A stretch of DNA of 63,421 bases, filler included, from Octopus bimaculoides (taxonomy: Eukaryota): assembly GCF_001194135.2 (NCBI RefSeq). It is 3 parts of 3 records of this genome, joined end to end, with 100 filler letters (N's around TTAATTAATTAA, not from the genome) between each part and the next. Parts side by side here need not be neighbours in the genome. Positions count along the whole stretch, not along the records: positions 1 to 26,724 come from NC_068993.1; 2 more parts are not named here. The stretch is one strand, 5' to 3'. Positions 12,471-25,605 of this stretch are shown here, one piece after another. A program made the position numbers and the translations under genes. The notes beneath the pieces are model-generated. The model saw only the letters and a program-made list of their open reading frames with translations. It did no database searches and was not told the origin of the DNA. Each line of letters begins with the position of its first letter. Position 1 is the stretch's first letter.

Positions 12471-14519
12471 TGTGTGTGCGTGTATTAGTTGGGATTGGTA
12501 TATTCCAGTAAGAATACTTCACAATATTAATGTCTAAATCCAAGTTAACATCCCTTAATCCAACGTCCACATGGCATTACATTTTCTATCTAACAAAATG
12601 GATGGAATAAATATCAGGCATAACTCAGATTTTGTCATAACGTACTAATAGACCTTGAAGGGAGTGCTGCAGCATGACCACAATGTTATGATGGCAACCA
12701 GTAAGTAAAGAGCAAGGGTTGATGAGAGGAGATCAACAATATCTCACCATGTGATATAAGAAGGCAGTATACACTAAGAATCTTTACTTTGGATAGTAGA
12801 GTTCTTCGTTAGTGTCATTTATTACAATTACCTGAATAAAATGTAACCACATATATATATATACATGCACATATACATACATATCTATATCTATATATAT
12901 ATATATATATATATAAGTATATATATAGATGTATATATATATATATATNNNNNNNNNNNNNNNNNNNNNNNNNNNNNNNNNNNNNNNNNNNNNNNNNNNN
13001 NNNNNNNNNNNNNNNNNNNNNNNNNNNNNNNNNNNNNNNNNNNNNNNNNNNNNNNNNNNNNNNNNNNNNNNNNNNNNNNNNNNNNNNNNNNNNNNNNNNN
13101 NNNNNNNNNNNNNNNNNNNNNNNNNNNNNNNNNNNNNNNNNNNNNNNNNNNNNNNNNNNNNNNNNNNNNNNNNNNNNNNNNNNNNNNNNNNNNNNNNNNN
13201 NNNNNNNNNNNNNNNNNNNNNNNNNNNNNNNNNNNNNNNNNNNNNNNNNNNNNNNNNNNNNNNNNNNNNNNNNNNNNNNNNNNNNNNNNNNNNNNNNNNN
13301 NNNNNNNNNNNNNNNNNNNNNNNNNNNNNNNNNNNNNNNNNNNNNNNNNNNNNNNNNNNNNNNNNNNNNNNNNNNNNNNNNNNNNNNNNNNNNNNNNNNN
13401 NNNNNNNNNNNNNNNNNNNNNNNNNNNNNNNNNNNNNNNNNNNNNNNNNNNNNNNNNNNNNNNNNNNNNNNNNNNNNNNNNNNNNNNNNNNNNNNNNNNN
13501 NNNNNNNNNNNNNNNNNNNNNNNNNNNNNNNNNNNNNNNNNNNNNNNNNNNNNNTTTAACCCTTTTTTTAAACCTAACACAACTCTCAATTCTCATGCAT
13601 CCTTATTTTTCCAACCATTATATACATCAACTACCATTGAACTTTAAAAGCTCAAAGACAATATAAGGTATTGGTATATTTATTTTTTTATATATTATTA
13701 TTTTTTTTATATATTATTTTCTTCATTTTGTACTTCTTTGTAAAAAACATTTTCATTCTCCCTCTTCTTGAAAATTTGCTTCGCAATGAAAGCCGGTTAG
13801 AAATCTTTATTAAAATATGCTTCCAGTTTAGCATTCTGCCTTATTTTTCATTTTTCTATATATATATGCATAAGTGAGAGAGAAAGAAAGAGAGAGGAAG
13901 AGAAAGAGAGAGAGGGGGTGAAGGTGGGTTATTCTTGAATTTTGTAATAAATGTGAAAATAATCAGTAGACTAGAGGGAGACTAGCGAACATTAATTCCA
14001 GCAATACTCATTTTTTAACCTTAATATCACATTTTCTAGATATTGCCAGAAGCTGAAGAAACACGAATAAGACAAACATATATGCAAACACACACACACA
14101 CATATACATACATACATATATATGTATATATTGGCATATATAGCATGTGTATGGCACTTTTGTTTATTTCTTCCTTAATTAATCAAATATGGCATGTGTG
14201 ATAATGCTTATATCGTTAGTTATTTGTATTTGTTTTAATTTATTTTTGTCTTTCTTGTACAGTTTGTTCTTTCGATATCCATTGTTGTTTAATGTTTGAC
14301 TTGTGTTAGGTGTCGTCATGTGATATTTGGAATTAATAAGAATAGCAATGATGTCATTTCGAAACTGCAAATTATTGTCTTCAAGTAGCAAAGTATTGAC
14401 TCTTCTTTATTTTGTGATAGAATATAAATTCTAAAAAATCCTACCACAAAGCACCAAGTAATATTTTTTGCTTGTATTTTTCTTGTATTTGTCATATTTT
14501 TTGTATATCGTTTATATTT

Positions 14520-14825
14520 TGTCTTTTACCTGTTTCAGCCATAAGACTGCAACCATGGCAGGTCTATCAGCCTTCTTTGCTGAATTGCTAGGTTACGGGG
14601 ATGTAAACATACTAACATCAGTTGTCAAGTGGTGATGGGGGACAAACACAGACACAAACACACAACATGCTTCTTCCAGTTTCCATCTACCAAATCTACT
14701 GACAAGGCTTTGGTCAGCCCAAGGCTATAATAGAAGACACATGCCCAAGGTGCCACACAGTGGTACTGAACCCAGAACAATGTGGTTAGAAAGCAAGCTT
14801 CTTAACACACAACGATAGCTGCACC
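14520..14825 (-). mobile_element. SINE-A, near full length
   Basis: Both halves in reverse complement with a short CA spacer. Confidence 0.8.
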
Positions 14826-15664
14826 ATGGGGGATGAGATGCAGTAGTGTTGATACAAGGAGGGGAAATAGGAGGATAACAAATTTGGTAGGTGATGTAAC
14901 AGCTTCCTGGAGAGTAAGAAAAGCAGTCAGTGTTCCAATAATGATATAACAGGAACAGAGATTACTGGTACCTGTGTTAAATAGTCAAATGCAAAGTTTG
15001 AAGCCTCAATCAGTGCTTCTTGAAGTAGGTGGTCCCACCCATCACTCCACCTGGATGAAGGAAAATCTTATGTGGGTGCTTCTAACAAAGCAATGGTGAA
15101 TGACTGCTGCATCTGTACAACTCTTTTTACCCTTCATCTTTTATTTAAATATCAAGCTTTTAAACAAATTTAATAACAACAACAATGACGCCATCAATGA
15201 TATTAAACTTTGAAATGAAGATAAGAAAATAAATAAAACTGAAGATATACTATCATTGTATGTAAATTATAAGCAATAAATAAGAATGTAATTTAAAAGA
15301 CAATACCAAAATTCCAAACATGCCATAAAGGCAGTCACTGCACCTGCAGCATTAGGTAACATTCTGACTTATGTCTGCATATACGTAAACATGCAGATGT
15401 GGTGTATTTAATTTTACAGAATTGTTGCTGGGAGGCATTGAAAAAGTGTTAATAAAAGAAAGTGTTGTGGGGATAGCTTAAAATGTTTGAGAAACACTGA
15501 ATTAGATTAAGTAGCAACTGCTCACTCCCAGACATGAGACTAGATATGACAGCAAATGAGCAAGCTGTCAATAGAATGTCTTAGAGTTTTCATTCTAGCT
15601 GCCTCTGCTCTGAATTACAAATTTCAGTATCATACATGTGTGTGTGCATGTGCGCGTGTGTATA

Positions 15665-15709
<45 letters not shown>

Positions 15710-16629
15710 TCACATACATGCATATATATATATATAACTACATATACATATATATATACATGTATATATATACTTAGATAGATACATAGACACATACATA
15801 CAGATATACATAAATACATACATGCATATATACATATGCACACACACACACACACACATGTACACATATCGTAATTCTCTTGTTATTTAAATATTTCAGA
15901 ATTAAAATTTATGCACTACATTGACAAACATTCAAATCCTCCCTGAAGAAAACATCCCCTAAAACAGTATAAAATCTAATTATAAGTCTCTGTTTGCTAA
16001 AACAAGGCAAGAGGTGGAAAACGAAGGTTAATCATGAGAGAGATATCATTTTAATTTTTTGGAATTTAACATGATGAAATATATTGGCATGATAAACATT
16101 TAAATCGTATCTTGCAAATATTCTCTAAAACAATCATATATCTTTTGTAATTATTCTTTGATACCTATAATGAGATAAGAGTGTAAAATGAAGGTTAATT
16201 CCTCTGTTGTATATAATCATTAATTATACTAAAATTCAAACACTAATCAACTTTGAAAATGAATTTATCTTTCTTAGAGATAGTTGATGAATACAGTATT
16301 TTTCAAACTGTTTTTCTTTTTTGTTTGGGTTTTTCTTTTATGCTGATGATCCTTGATCTTAAACAAGAACAACACATCAATAATACTTAAAGAACTTGTT
16401 TATCTTCTTAGCAAGTCATTGATTTTTTGTTCTATACTAAAAGGAAATACTAACAGCTTGTAATTATCTTCCAAATATTTCCTTAGTTACTAGTTTCACT
16501 ATTGTTCTTTCCAGCCCTTTCAGCTCTCTCTATCATTGCTGTATCTCTCTCTATCACTGTCACCTCTATCTGACTCTATTCTATGTATTAGCATCTTCTC
16601 TATGTATCAGGATGCTATCTATCTATCTG

Positions 16630-16683
<54 letters not shown>

Positions 16684-16749
16684 AATTAGTAACCTCTGAG
16701 TACATAAGTTTATTGTTTCTCATTTTGTTACTAAAAGATGTGATTAGTA

Positions 16750-17150
16750 GCACCTTGGGCAAGTATCTTCAACTATAGCCTTGGGCCAACTAAAACCTTG
16801 TGAGTAGATTTGGTAGATGGAAACTGAAAGAAGCCCATCGTGTATATGTATGTATATATGTATGTATGTGAATGTGTATGGCTTAGTGGTTAATGTGTTG
16901 CCCTCATGATTGCAAGGTCATGGGTTTGATTCCCAGACCAGGCATTGCGTTGTGTTCTTGAGCAAAGCACTTCATTTCACGTTGCTCTGTGATCCTTTCA
17001 GCATCTGACACATGGCACCTGTTGCACCTGTACAGGTAATGTCGATCTGATGGAGGGAGTGAGCTTATGTCTACACAAATATTTGATCACTATAAACAAA
17101 TCATCTGTGTGGTTGTTCAGCAAGAAATTGCCAAACCCTCAAACGTCGTC
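16750..17150 (+). mobile_element. SINE-A body (16750-16845) followed by SINE-C (16880-17150)
   Basis: CACCTTGGGCAAGTATCTTC...GAAGCCCATCG, then TGGCTTAGTGG...GGTTTGATTCC...TTGTGTTCTTGAGCAAAGCACTT. Confidence 0.75.
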
Positions 17151-17208
17151 TAATGATGGGAGAGTCCATCATGTATGTATGTGTTTGTGGGTCTATGTTG
17201 GACCCCAC

Positions 17209-17253
<45 letters not shown>

Positions 17254-18239
17254 ACATACATACATAAATACATATATAACACACACACACATATAGGATA
17301 TATATATGATAATGAGAATTCATGTACCTGTAGAATACTTACATATATACATGCATACACACACATATACATGCTTACACATGTACATACACACATATGT
17401 ATATATTTGTGCATACACTTACACATTGGTGAGGCTTAATGGATAGAATCATTAAATAGCATACTATATCAAGCATTTCAGAAGAACGGCATGACTGATT
17501 AAAGGGCCTTGCTGTGTAGCCCACCAATGTCTGCTAGCAAAATAAGGAACACCAGATGTGTTCTCTGACCTAACTGTCTTTAGAAGCCCATTATACTGAG
17601 AAAACTGTTTGTATTTTATTTATGCATGAAGAGATAAGCTGCCATTGCTGGCAGGGAGGGACACTGATGATAAAAGTAATGTGGAAACAAACATAGAAAG
17701 AGATAAGAATATGAATAATAATAACAAAAATGATAGCAGCAGCAGTAGTAGTAGTAGTTGTAGTAGTAGTAGTAGTAGAACCGGGGCAGGGGGAGAAAGA
17801 TTTTGATAGGAATGATAAGACAGTTGGGCAGCAAGTAGCAGAGTGGTTTCGAAATAACAAACTTACAAAGAATGAATTGCAATGAGAAATGTTGTCAGGA
17901 GCTGTTATATAAATAGAGGTGACTAGAAGAGAGAAAGGGAAGGGCAAGGAAAGTCAGTGTAAATAGAGAAGGTTATATTTTAGTTATACATGGATAATTA
18001 ACATAACTTGTGCTTCTCAAATAAAAATAGATTAATGACAAAATTATTTAGGATATCAGTTCCTCATGGATTTGTCTATTGTCAGAGGAGTTCAGCCACA
18101 TGGCAGCGCGTTGGTTAGGAAATGATTTCTATCTTATCTAAATAGCATTTTTATTTCAAAATATATGTTTCTCATTTCCTTATACAGTCTTAATTTTTGT
18201 TCTTGTTTTACTTAAATGCAATGCACTAACACATGCACA

Positions 18240-18261
18240 TACAAACACATGTGCATATATC

Positions 18262-18296
<35 letters not shown>

Positions 18297-18790
18297 GTCT
18301 GTCTGTCTATCTATTATCTATCTAACTATCTATCTATCTGTCTATTGATCTGGCTTCCATGCTAGCATGGGTTGGACAATGCTGTCCTTCCTCTCTCTGT
18401 CTCTCCGTCTCTCTCTCTTCAACTCTCTCTCTTTCTCTCTCCCCCACCCTCCCTCCTACCACCCCCTACTCTTTCTCTCCTCTCTCTTACTCTCTCTCAC
18501 TCTCTTCTCTCGTACTCCCCCTCTCTCACTCTTACTCTCTACACTCTTACTCTCTCACCCTTACTCTCTCACTCTCACTCTCTTCTCTCTTTTTTCCTCT
18601 CTCTCACTCTTACTCTCTACACTCTTACTCTCTTACTCTCTCACCCTTACTCTCTCACTCTCTTCTCTCTTTCCCTCTCTCTCACTCTCTTCTCTCTCAC
18701 TCTCTTTCTCTTCATCTCTTTCTCCCCCCATACCCACCTTCCCCCTCTCTCACATCCACCTTCCCTCTCTTATACCCACACTCTCTCCTC
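18240..18790. repeat. (TCTA)n plus CT-rich polypyrimidine tract running into a gap
   Basis: Directly visible, with a repeated CTCTCTCACTCTTACTCTCTACACTCTTACTCTC block; explains the 400+ aa pseudo-ORFs at 18359-19664. Confidence 0.9.
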
Positions 18791-19636
18791 NNNNNNNNNN
18801 NNNNNNNNNNNNNNNNNNNNNNNNNNNNNNNNNNNNNNNNNNNNNNNNNNNNNNNNNNNNNNNNNNNNNNNNNNNNNNNNNNNNNNNNNNNNNNNNNNNN
18901 NNNNNNNNNNNNNNNNNNNNNNNNNNNNNNNNNNNNNNNNNNNNNNNNNNNNNNNNNNNNNNNNNNNNNNNNNNNNNNNNNNNNNNNNNNNNNNNNNNNN
19001 NNNNNNNNNNNNNNNNNNNNNNNNNNNNNNNNNNNNNNNNNNNNNNNNNNNNNNNNNNNNNNNNNNNNNNNNNNNNNNNNNNNNNNNNNNNNNNNNNNNN
19101 NNNNNNNNNNNNNNNNNNNNNNNNNNNNNNNNNNNNNNNNNNNNNNNNNNNNNNNNNNNNNNNNNNNNNNNNNNNNNNNNNNNNNNNNNNNNNNNNNNNN
19201 NNNNNNNNNNNNNNNNNNNNNNNNNNNNNNNNNNNNNNNNNNNNNNNNNNNNNNNNNNNNNNNNNNNNNNNNNNNNNNNNNNNNNNNNNNNNNNNNNNNN
19301 NNNNNNNNNNNNNNNNNNNNNNNNNNNNNNNNNNNNNNNNNNNNNNNNNNNNNNNNNNNNNNNNNNNNNNNNNNNNNNNNNNNNNNNNNNNNNNNNNNNN
19401 NNNNNNNNNNNNNNNNNNNNNNNNNNNNNNNNNNNNNNNNNNNNNNNNNNNNNNNNNNNNNNNNNNNNNNNNNNNNNNNNNNNNNNNNNNNNNNNNNNNN
19501 NNNNNNNNNNNNNNNNNNNNNNNNNNNNNNNNNNNNTTTATATATGTATATACATATATATATTTATACTTCATGTTATGCTAAGAAGTGGTGCAGAGTA
19601 CCAGAATTTTTTACTTAAGTCAAAATCTAAGAAACT

Positions 19637-19787
19637 ATACATTATTTACATTATTTACATTTGACGGATATTTGTCCTCATCTCATTCGTTGTTAACAAA
19701 ATGTTTCGGCTGATATACCCTTCAGCATTCATCAGGTGTCTTGGGAACATTTCGAACCTGGGTTCTCATTCCTCAGGTATTTTTCTA

Positions 19788-19835
<48 letters not shown>

Positions 19836-19899
19836 CATTATTATTCAGGTCACTGCCTGGAATCGAACTCGGAATCTTGGGGTTAGTAGCCCACTCTCC
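19637..19899 (-). mobile_element. SINE-H: tRNA-like head (B box), (AAT)n, hammerhead body, (AATGTAAAT)n tail
   Basis: Minus strand reads GGGCTACTAACCCCAAGATTCCGAGTTCGATTCCAGGCAGTGACC-(AAT)n-...AAGACAC-CTGATGA-ATGCTGAAGGGTATATCAGCC-GAAAC...; body shared with 22680 and 47840, head shared with 47970. Confidence 0.8.
19695..19742 (-). ncRNA. Minimal type I hammerhead ribozyme, decayed copy
   Basis: CUGAUGA core, stem II GCUGA/UCAGC and GAAAC present, but with mismatches in stems I and III. Confidence 0.6.
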
Positions 19900-20034
19900 T
19901 ATTGAAGATGATGTGTAAGCATTCAGATTTTGCCGAACGACCAGCACAACTGATTTGTTTATATTAATTAAATGTTAGTGCTGCACATTTATTCACTATT
20001 TGCATCAAATCAACATGATCTGAGCAGGTGTCCT

Positions 20035-20190
20035 GTGCACCACATGTCAGGTGTCGAAGTGATCGCAGAGCAGAAAGAGATGAAGTGTTTTTGCTCAAGA
20101 ACCTAATGCACCACCTGGTCTAGGAATTGAAATCACGATAGCTAGATCGTGAGTGCAACTCCCTAACCACCAGGCCATGTGACCTCACAT
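20035..20190 (-). mobile_element. SINE-C 5' part
   Basis: Reverse complement of a tRNA-like head plus the TTCTTGAGCAA motif. Confidence 0.65.
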
Positions 20191-20321
20191 ACAAATGTAA
20201 ATATTTGGTACTTAAGCAGACGCATATGCACAGCAACAGACATTCACACGTACATGTGTGTGCATGCGTGCAGCCATGTGTGCATGCATGTGTGTGTGTG
20301 TGTATGAGTGTGTATAAAAGA

Positions 20322-20358
<37 letters not shown>

Positions 20359-20869
20359 CAAGCAAGAAACATTTATTCCTACACATTGATGATTCAGTTA
20401 GCAACTGCTCATAGTTTTCTGTACCAAATATATAGGTCGCATGTAAAATATTCAGAAGACTAGAAGCATGTGTCTATTTATCAAAATATATGCCCTCAGA
20501 TATAATCCACATTTACACACACATGCACATTCACACATAGATTCACATATACACACACACACATTCACATACACATACACACATACACATACACACACAT
20601 TCACACATACATTCACATTCACACACACACATTCACGCATACATTCACATACACATGCACACACATATTGATTTCAGTTCAGAATTCCAGGAAATTCTTT
20701 TCCCAATACATGAAGTCTTATAAAGAATTCGTTATCAACTCTCCAAGCCAAATTAAATTGTAAAAGCACAAATGTAATAGCTGCAGTGTGTGATATAACG
20801 ATATAGTAGCTATTTATCATTTTCTCATTAAAACCACAACAAAAATGAGATTAATGCTTGATTAGGAAA

Positions 20870-21390
20870 CTAAATATTCATATTGTATAATTCACCTGTT
20901 AGCAGACCTATAATAGGGTCATTGTTATACATAGATCTATAGATCTTAAAGTATATTTTAGAACCATTATTTTCTTCCAGAAGCCACCATAGCCTCTAGC
21001 TATAGATTAGAAGAATTGATGCCATATTATCTCAAGAAAAGAATGCACTTTACACAATGTCCTCTTCAACATACACATATGAATATGAATAAATATATAT
21101 GTGTATATATGTATGTGTATATATATATATANNNNNNNNNNNNNNNNNNNNNNNNNNNNNNNNNNNNNNNNNNNNNNNNNNNNNNNNNNNNNNNNNNNNN
21201 NNNNNNNNNNNNNNNNNNNNNNNNNNNNNNNNNNNNNNNNNNNNNNNNNNNNNNNNNNNNNNNNNNNNNNNNNNNNNNNNNNNNNNNNNNNNNNNNNNNN
21301 NNNNNNNNNNNNNNNNNNNNNNNNNNNNNNNNNNNNNNNNNNNNNNNNNNNNNNNNNNNNNNNNNNNNNNNNNNNNNNNNNNNNNNNNNN

Positions 21391-21425
<35 letters not shown>

Positions 21426-21780
21426 GTATGTATGCTCTAAGTACCCGAGTATCAACCTTTAACCCTTTTATTACTGTTTCTATTGAGATTCACTGCTTAT
21501 GTTTCAATTAATTTTGAAAATGATAATAATGATGGCTTTAGTTAAATATTTAGTCAATATTAACAATTCATATTGCATAATTCACCTGTTAAATATTTAT
21601 ATTGTATAATTTACCTGTTAACGGACCTATAATAAGGGTCTTTGTCATACTTAGATCTTGGAATCATTATATTCTTCTTCTAGGAACCACCGTGGCCTCT
21701 GCTTATAGATTAGAAGAAATAATGGTATATTATCTCAAGAAAAGAATGCATTTTACATAATATACTCTTGGGCATACATA
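20870..21780. repeat. Local direct duplication of about 200 bp (20870-21075 and 21565-21780)
   Basis: Shared blocks ATAATTCACCTGTT, GACCTATAATA, TATAGATTAGAAGAA and ATATTATCTCAAGAAAAGAATGCA in the same order. Confidence 0.8.
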
Positions 21781-22232
21781 CATGCATACATACATACATA
21801 TATACATACATACATACATACATGCATACATACATACGTACATACATACATACATACATACATACGCATATGTGTGTGTATTCACATATATATGCACACA
21901 CACACAAACACACACACATGTGTATACAGGAAAAGGAGAAAATTTATTTTTCTATTTGCATAAAGTCTGGACCTATAGAGGTAGAAGTTTATAATTTAGT
22001 GATTTAATTAGAATCTACTGAATTAATTCCATTATATTACAGTTATTCATTTTATTAAACCCTGCAGTGATTTGGTCTAAAGAATGAGATGCATAGAATT
22101 ACATACTCCTGCAACTCTCAACTCTCTCATTGCTCTACCAATTCCTCCAAACACTCTGACTGTTGTTATAAGTAAGTTTTATTTCATATTTGACAACTGT
22201 ATCCCTTATTTAGAGATCACAACTCTGGTGCT

Positions 22233-22424
22233 TTGGATATGTGGTTAGAAAGACACAAGCAAAGAACTGTGAGACAGATTCTTCAAGCTGAGCCAGATAG
22301 CAGGAGATTTCGAGGAAGCCCAAGAGTGAGATGGTTGGATACCGTTCATAGTCTCAGTAGGTTATATTTGAGAATGCAGCAGGGAAATTCTGATAAGACT
22401 CAATGGAGGTGCAAGAATGGTTGA
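22233..22424 (+). pseudogene. RTE-clade LINE C-terminal remnant
   Basis: RQILQAEPDSRRFRGSPRVRWLDTV resembles the RTE C-terminal R-x-RGRPR-x-RW-x-D motif. Confidence 0.6.
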
Positions 22425-22679
22425 ACAGTTAAATGGCTGGACTATCCAACCAAATGTTTATGGCAGCTAAGTATTGTGTATTAGGATATATTTTATGATG
22501 AACTTTACAGAAGACATTAGAATGTCTCCAATTATCACTCAAAGTAGAATGCAGAACTGGCACAAGCACTAATCTTTAACCTTTTTTTCTAACCATATTT
22601 CTGTTGAAATTCACAGCCTTTTTTATCAATTAATTTTGAAAATAATGAAGAATGTAGATCTATATTTAAGAAATGAGGA

Positions 22680-22790
22680 ATTATGTACATTATTTACATT
22701 ATTTACATTTGATGGACATTTGTCCTCATCTTGTTTGTTGTTAACACAACGTTTCGGCTGATATACCTTCCAGGCTCGAAATTTTCCCGA
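22680..22790 (-). mobile_element. SINE-H body with the hammerhead core deleted
   Basis: Keeps TATATCAGCCGAAACGTTGTGTTAAC and the tail, but lacks the AAGACACCTGATGA segment. Confidence 0.75.
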
Positions 22791-23282
22791 GAAAAATACA
22801 CAATACATACATAATATATATGTATATACATACATGTATGTATATATGTTTATATATATATTTGTGAGTATATATATATATATATATATATGTGTATATA
22901 CGTATCACTGTTCCTTCTGGTAGTTCTCATGTTGGTGTCCAGTCTGCTATAGAGCAATCCTTAATAAAAATTCTGTCAAAGAGTTTTGGTAATCTACCAG
23001 AAGCATTTAAAAGGAAAATATATCTTCCATTCAGAAAGCTGCTTTCTTTAATAATGTTTCAGAAAGCCATTATATTTCCTATTTAATATCCTTATTGCCA
23101 TATTCTTGCATTTTCAGTGTGCCCAGGCTCCGATTTGCTTCCATTTCTCCCAGAAATGTTGCCATAATTATGCTACTGTATAAAGGATAAACACAGATTC
23201 TGTAATGCATTTACAGGAAGGAACTATGCGCATTTTTTTTCAAAGTAACGTTCACACTTAATATTTTTAGGTTGACTAAATA

Positions 23283-24495
23283 TTGGTTTTAAATTTTGGC
23301 ACAATGCCAGAAATTTTGGGACCTGGGTGAAGTCGATTACATAGACCCCCCCTCCACCCCCAGTACTCAACTGGTACTTAATTTATCAACCCTGAAAGGA
23401 TGAAAGGCAAAGTTAGCCTCACCAGAAATTTGAATTCAGAACATAAAGACAAACTAAATGCTTCTTAGCATTTTGTCTGGTATGGTAACGATTCTGCCAG
23501 CTTGCTACTGGGCTGCCAAAATAATGGTTACAAATTTTTGGCACAAGGTCAGCAACATCAGGGGAGTCAATTACATCAACCCCCAGTGATCAGCTGTTAC
23601 TTATATTATTCTCTTCTCTTCTCCTCTAGGCACAAGGCCTGAAATTTTGGGGGAGAGGGCCAGTCGATTAGATCGACCTCAGTATGCAACTGGTACTTTA
23701 TTTATCGACCCCCAAAAGGATGAAAGGCAAAGTCAACCTCGGCAGAATTTGAACTCAGAATGTAAAGACAGGCGAAATACCGCTAAGCATTTTGCCCAGT
23801 GTGCTAACGTTTCTGCCAGCTCACGGCCCTATATTTGACTGAACATTAATTTCAAATTTTGATACTAGGCCAGCAACTTTGGAGGAAGGGTAAGTCAATG
23901 ACATCGGCCCTAGTGCTCAACTGGTACTTATTTTATCAACCCCACAAAGGATGAAAGGCAAAGTTAGCCTCAGCGGAATTTGAACTCAGACCATAAAGAC
24001 ATACTAAATGCCACTAAGCACGTTGTCCAGTGTGGTATCGATTGTACCTGCTCATCATCATTGGCTAAATATCAACATGGAGTCCACACTTGTTTTTAAA
24101 ATCAATTTATACATCTTTAATATTTTATACTCTCGTTTCAATTATTCAATTATTCACAGCCAACAAAGAAGTGAGGGTAACATATTACCTTCACTCAAAT
24201 GAAGTAGACTCTATTTAACATTCTTAGCAAGTAATTATTTAAATAATGTGTCATAATGAATATATTAATATGCAAATGAGTAACAGCAGTTTATGTTACT
24301 TCTCATATATTTCATTCTGGTAAGGTCGGGGGAAATGGCAGAAATGTTAGCATGCCGGGCGAAATGCTTAGCGGTATTTTGTCTTTCTTTATGTTCCGAG
24401 TTCAAATTCCGCCAAGGTCGACTTTGCTTTTCATTCTTTCCGGGTCGATAAATTAAGTACCAGTTGCATACTGGTACTTAATCGACTTGTCCCCT
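23283..24495. mobile_element. Cluster of SINE-B copies (minus: 23283-23510, 23515-23610, 23628-23832, 23850-24050; plus: 24327-24495)
   Basis: Repeated CAACTGGTACT...AAAGGATGAAAGGCAAAGT...GAATTTGAACTCAGA; the last copy is its reverse complement. Confidence 0.85.
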
Positions 24496-24499
24496 CATA

Positions 24500-24650
24500 G
24501 GGTCAACCCCAAGATTTATTCTTTGTAAGCCTAGTACTCATTCTATTGGTCTCTTTTGCTGGACTGCTAAGTTATGGGGACATAAACACACCGACACTGG
24601 TTGTCAAGCGATGGTGGGGAGACACACAAACACACACAAACAGGTACAAA
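24500..24650 (-). mobile_element. SINE-A 3' half
   Basis: TTATTCTTTGTAAGCCTAGTAC...TTGTCAAGCGATGG. Confidence 0.8.
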
Positions 24651-25259
24651 ACTGCAGCAGACAGGGCTGCATATATTTTCATCATCTGATTCAAAGTGAG
24701 TGTACAGTGCATGTAAATTTACATCAACCGATGTTATGGGGTTATATTTTTCCAAAGGTAAATATCGAACAAATGTTGCCGATATACTCATGTAATAAAT
24801 TCATTTTACAGTTTGAGAATCTCTTTTGCAAACCACTCCAAGACACAGCCAAATTCTATAATAGATGACAACAGAATTAAGTTTTATAACTTGCAAACTT
24901 ATAATTGCAATTGGATATTCAAATCAAATTGTACGCTGGAAAATATGAATTGAGTCAATAATTAAAATGATTTAAAAAATTGCGGACAATCATGTTACTA
25001 TGTAGATATAGTGGTCTTCTTTCTCTCTCTCCCTCTCTTCTTCTTCTTCTTCTTCTCCTCTGTATTCTCAGTTTGTACTGAAAAAATCTCTTCTTTTACT
25101 TGGATGAGACAGAAAACACACAGAAAAGCCAAAAAAAAAAAAGAATAGAAAAATAGAAAAAGAAAGTAATCAACTTTAATATTGTTAAAGTTAATTTAAG
25201 TAACCATTGATTTTGAGACAAAGCAAAGGAGAGGAGGGGGGAAAATAAAATTCAAATTT

Positions 25260-25605
25260 ATTTCTATGATGAAAGTGGTGATGAAGATGATGTTGATGAT
25301 GATGATGATGATGACAATGATGAGGTGACAATGATAACAATTACAGTGGTAATAGTGATGATGATGATGATGATGACAATAATAATAATGATAATAATAA
25401 TAGTAATAATAATAATAACAATGACAACAACATTAATAATAATAACAACAACAATAATAAAAATAATTCCATAATAATAATAATAATGGTAGTAAAATGA
25501 TGGCAGCAAAAAAAGTATATATATGTAATGATGATGGTGATGATCATCGTCAACGTCATTGTTATCATTGTGACAAGAAGAAGAAGAACAACAACAACTA
25601 TAATG
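25260..25605. repeat. GAT/AAT/CAA compound microsatellite
   Basis: Directly visible. Confidence 0.9.

Noticed and set aside
22900-23180. Possible Harbinger transposase remnant (LDTNMR)
   Set aside because: One short motif among many stops; insufficient.
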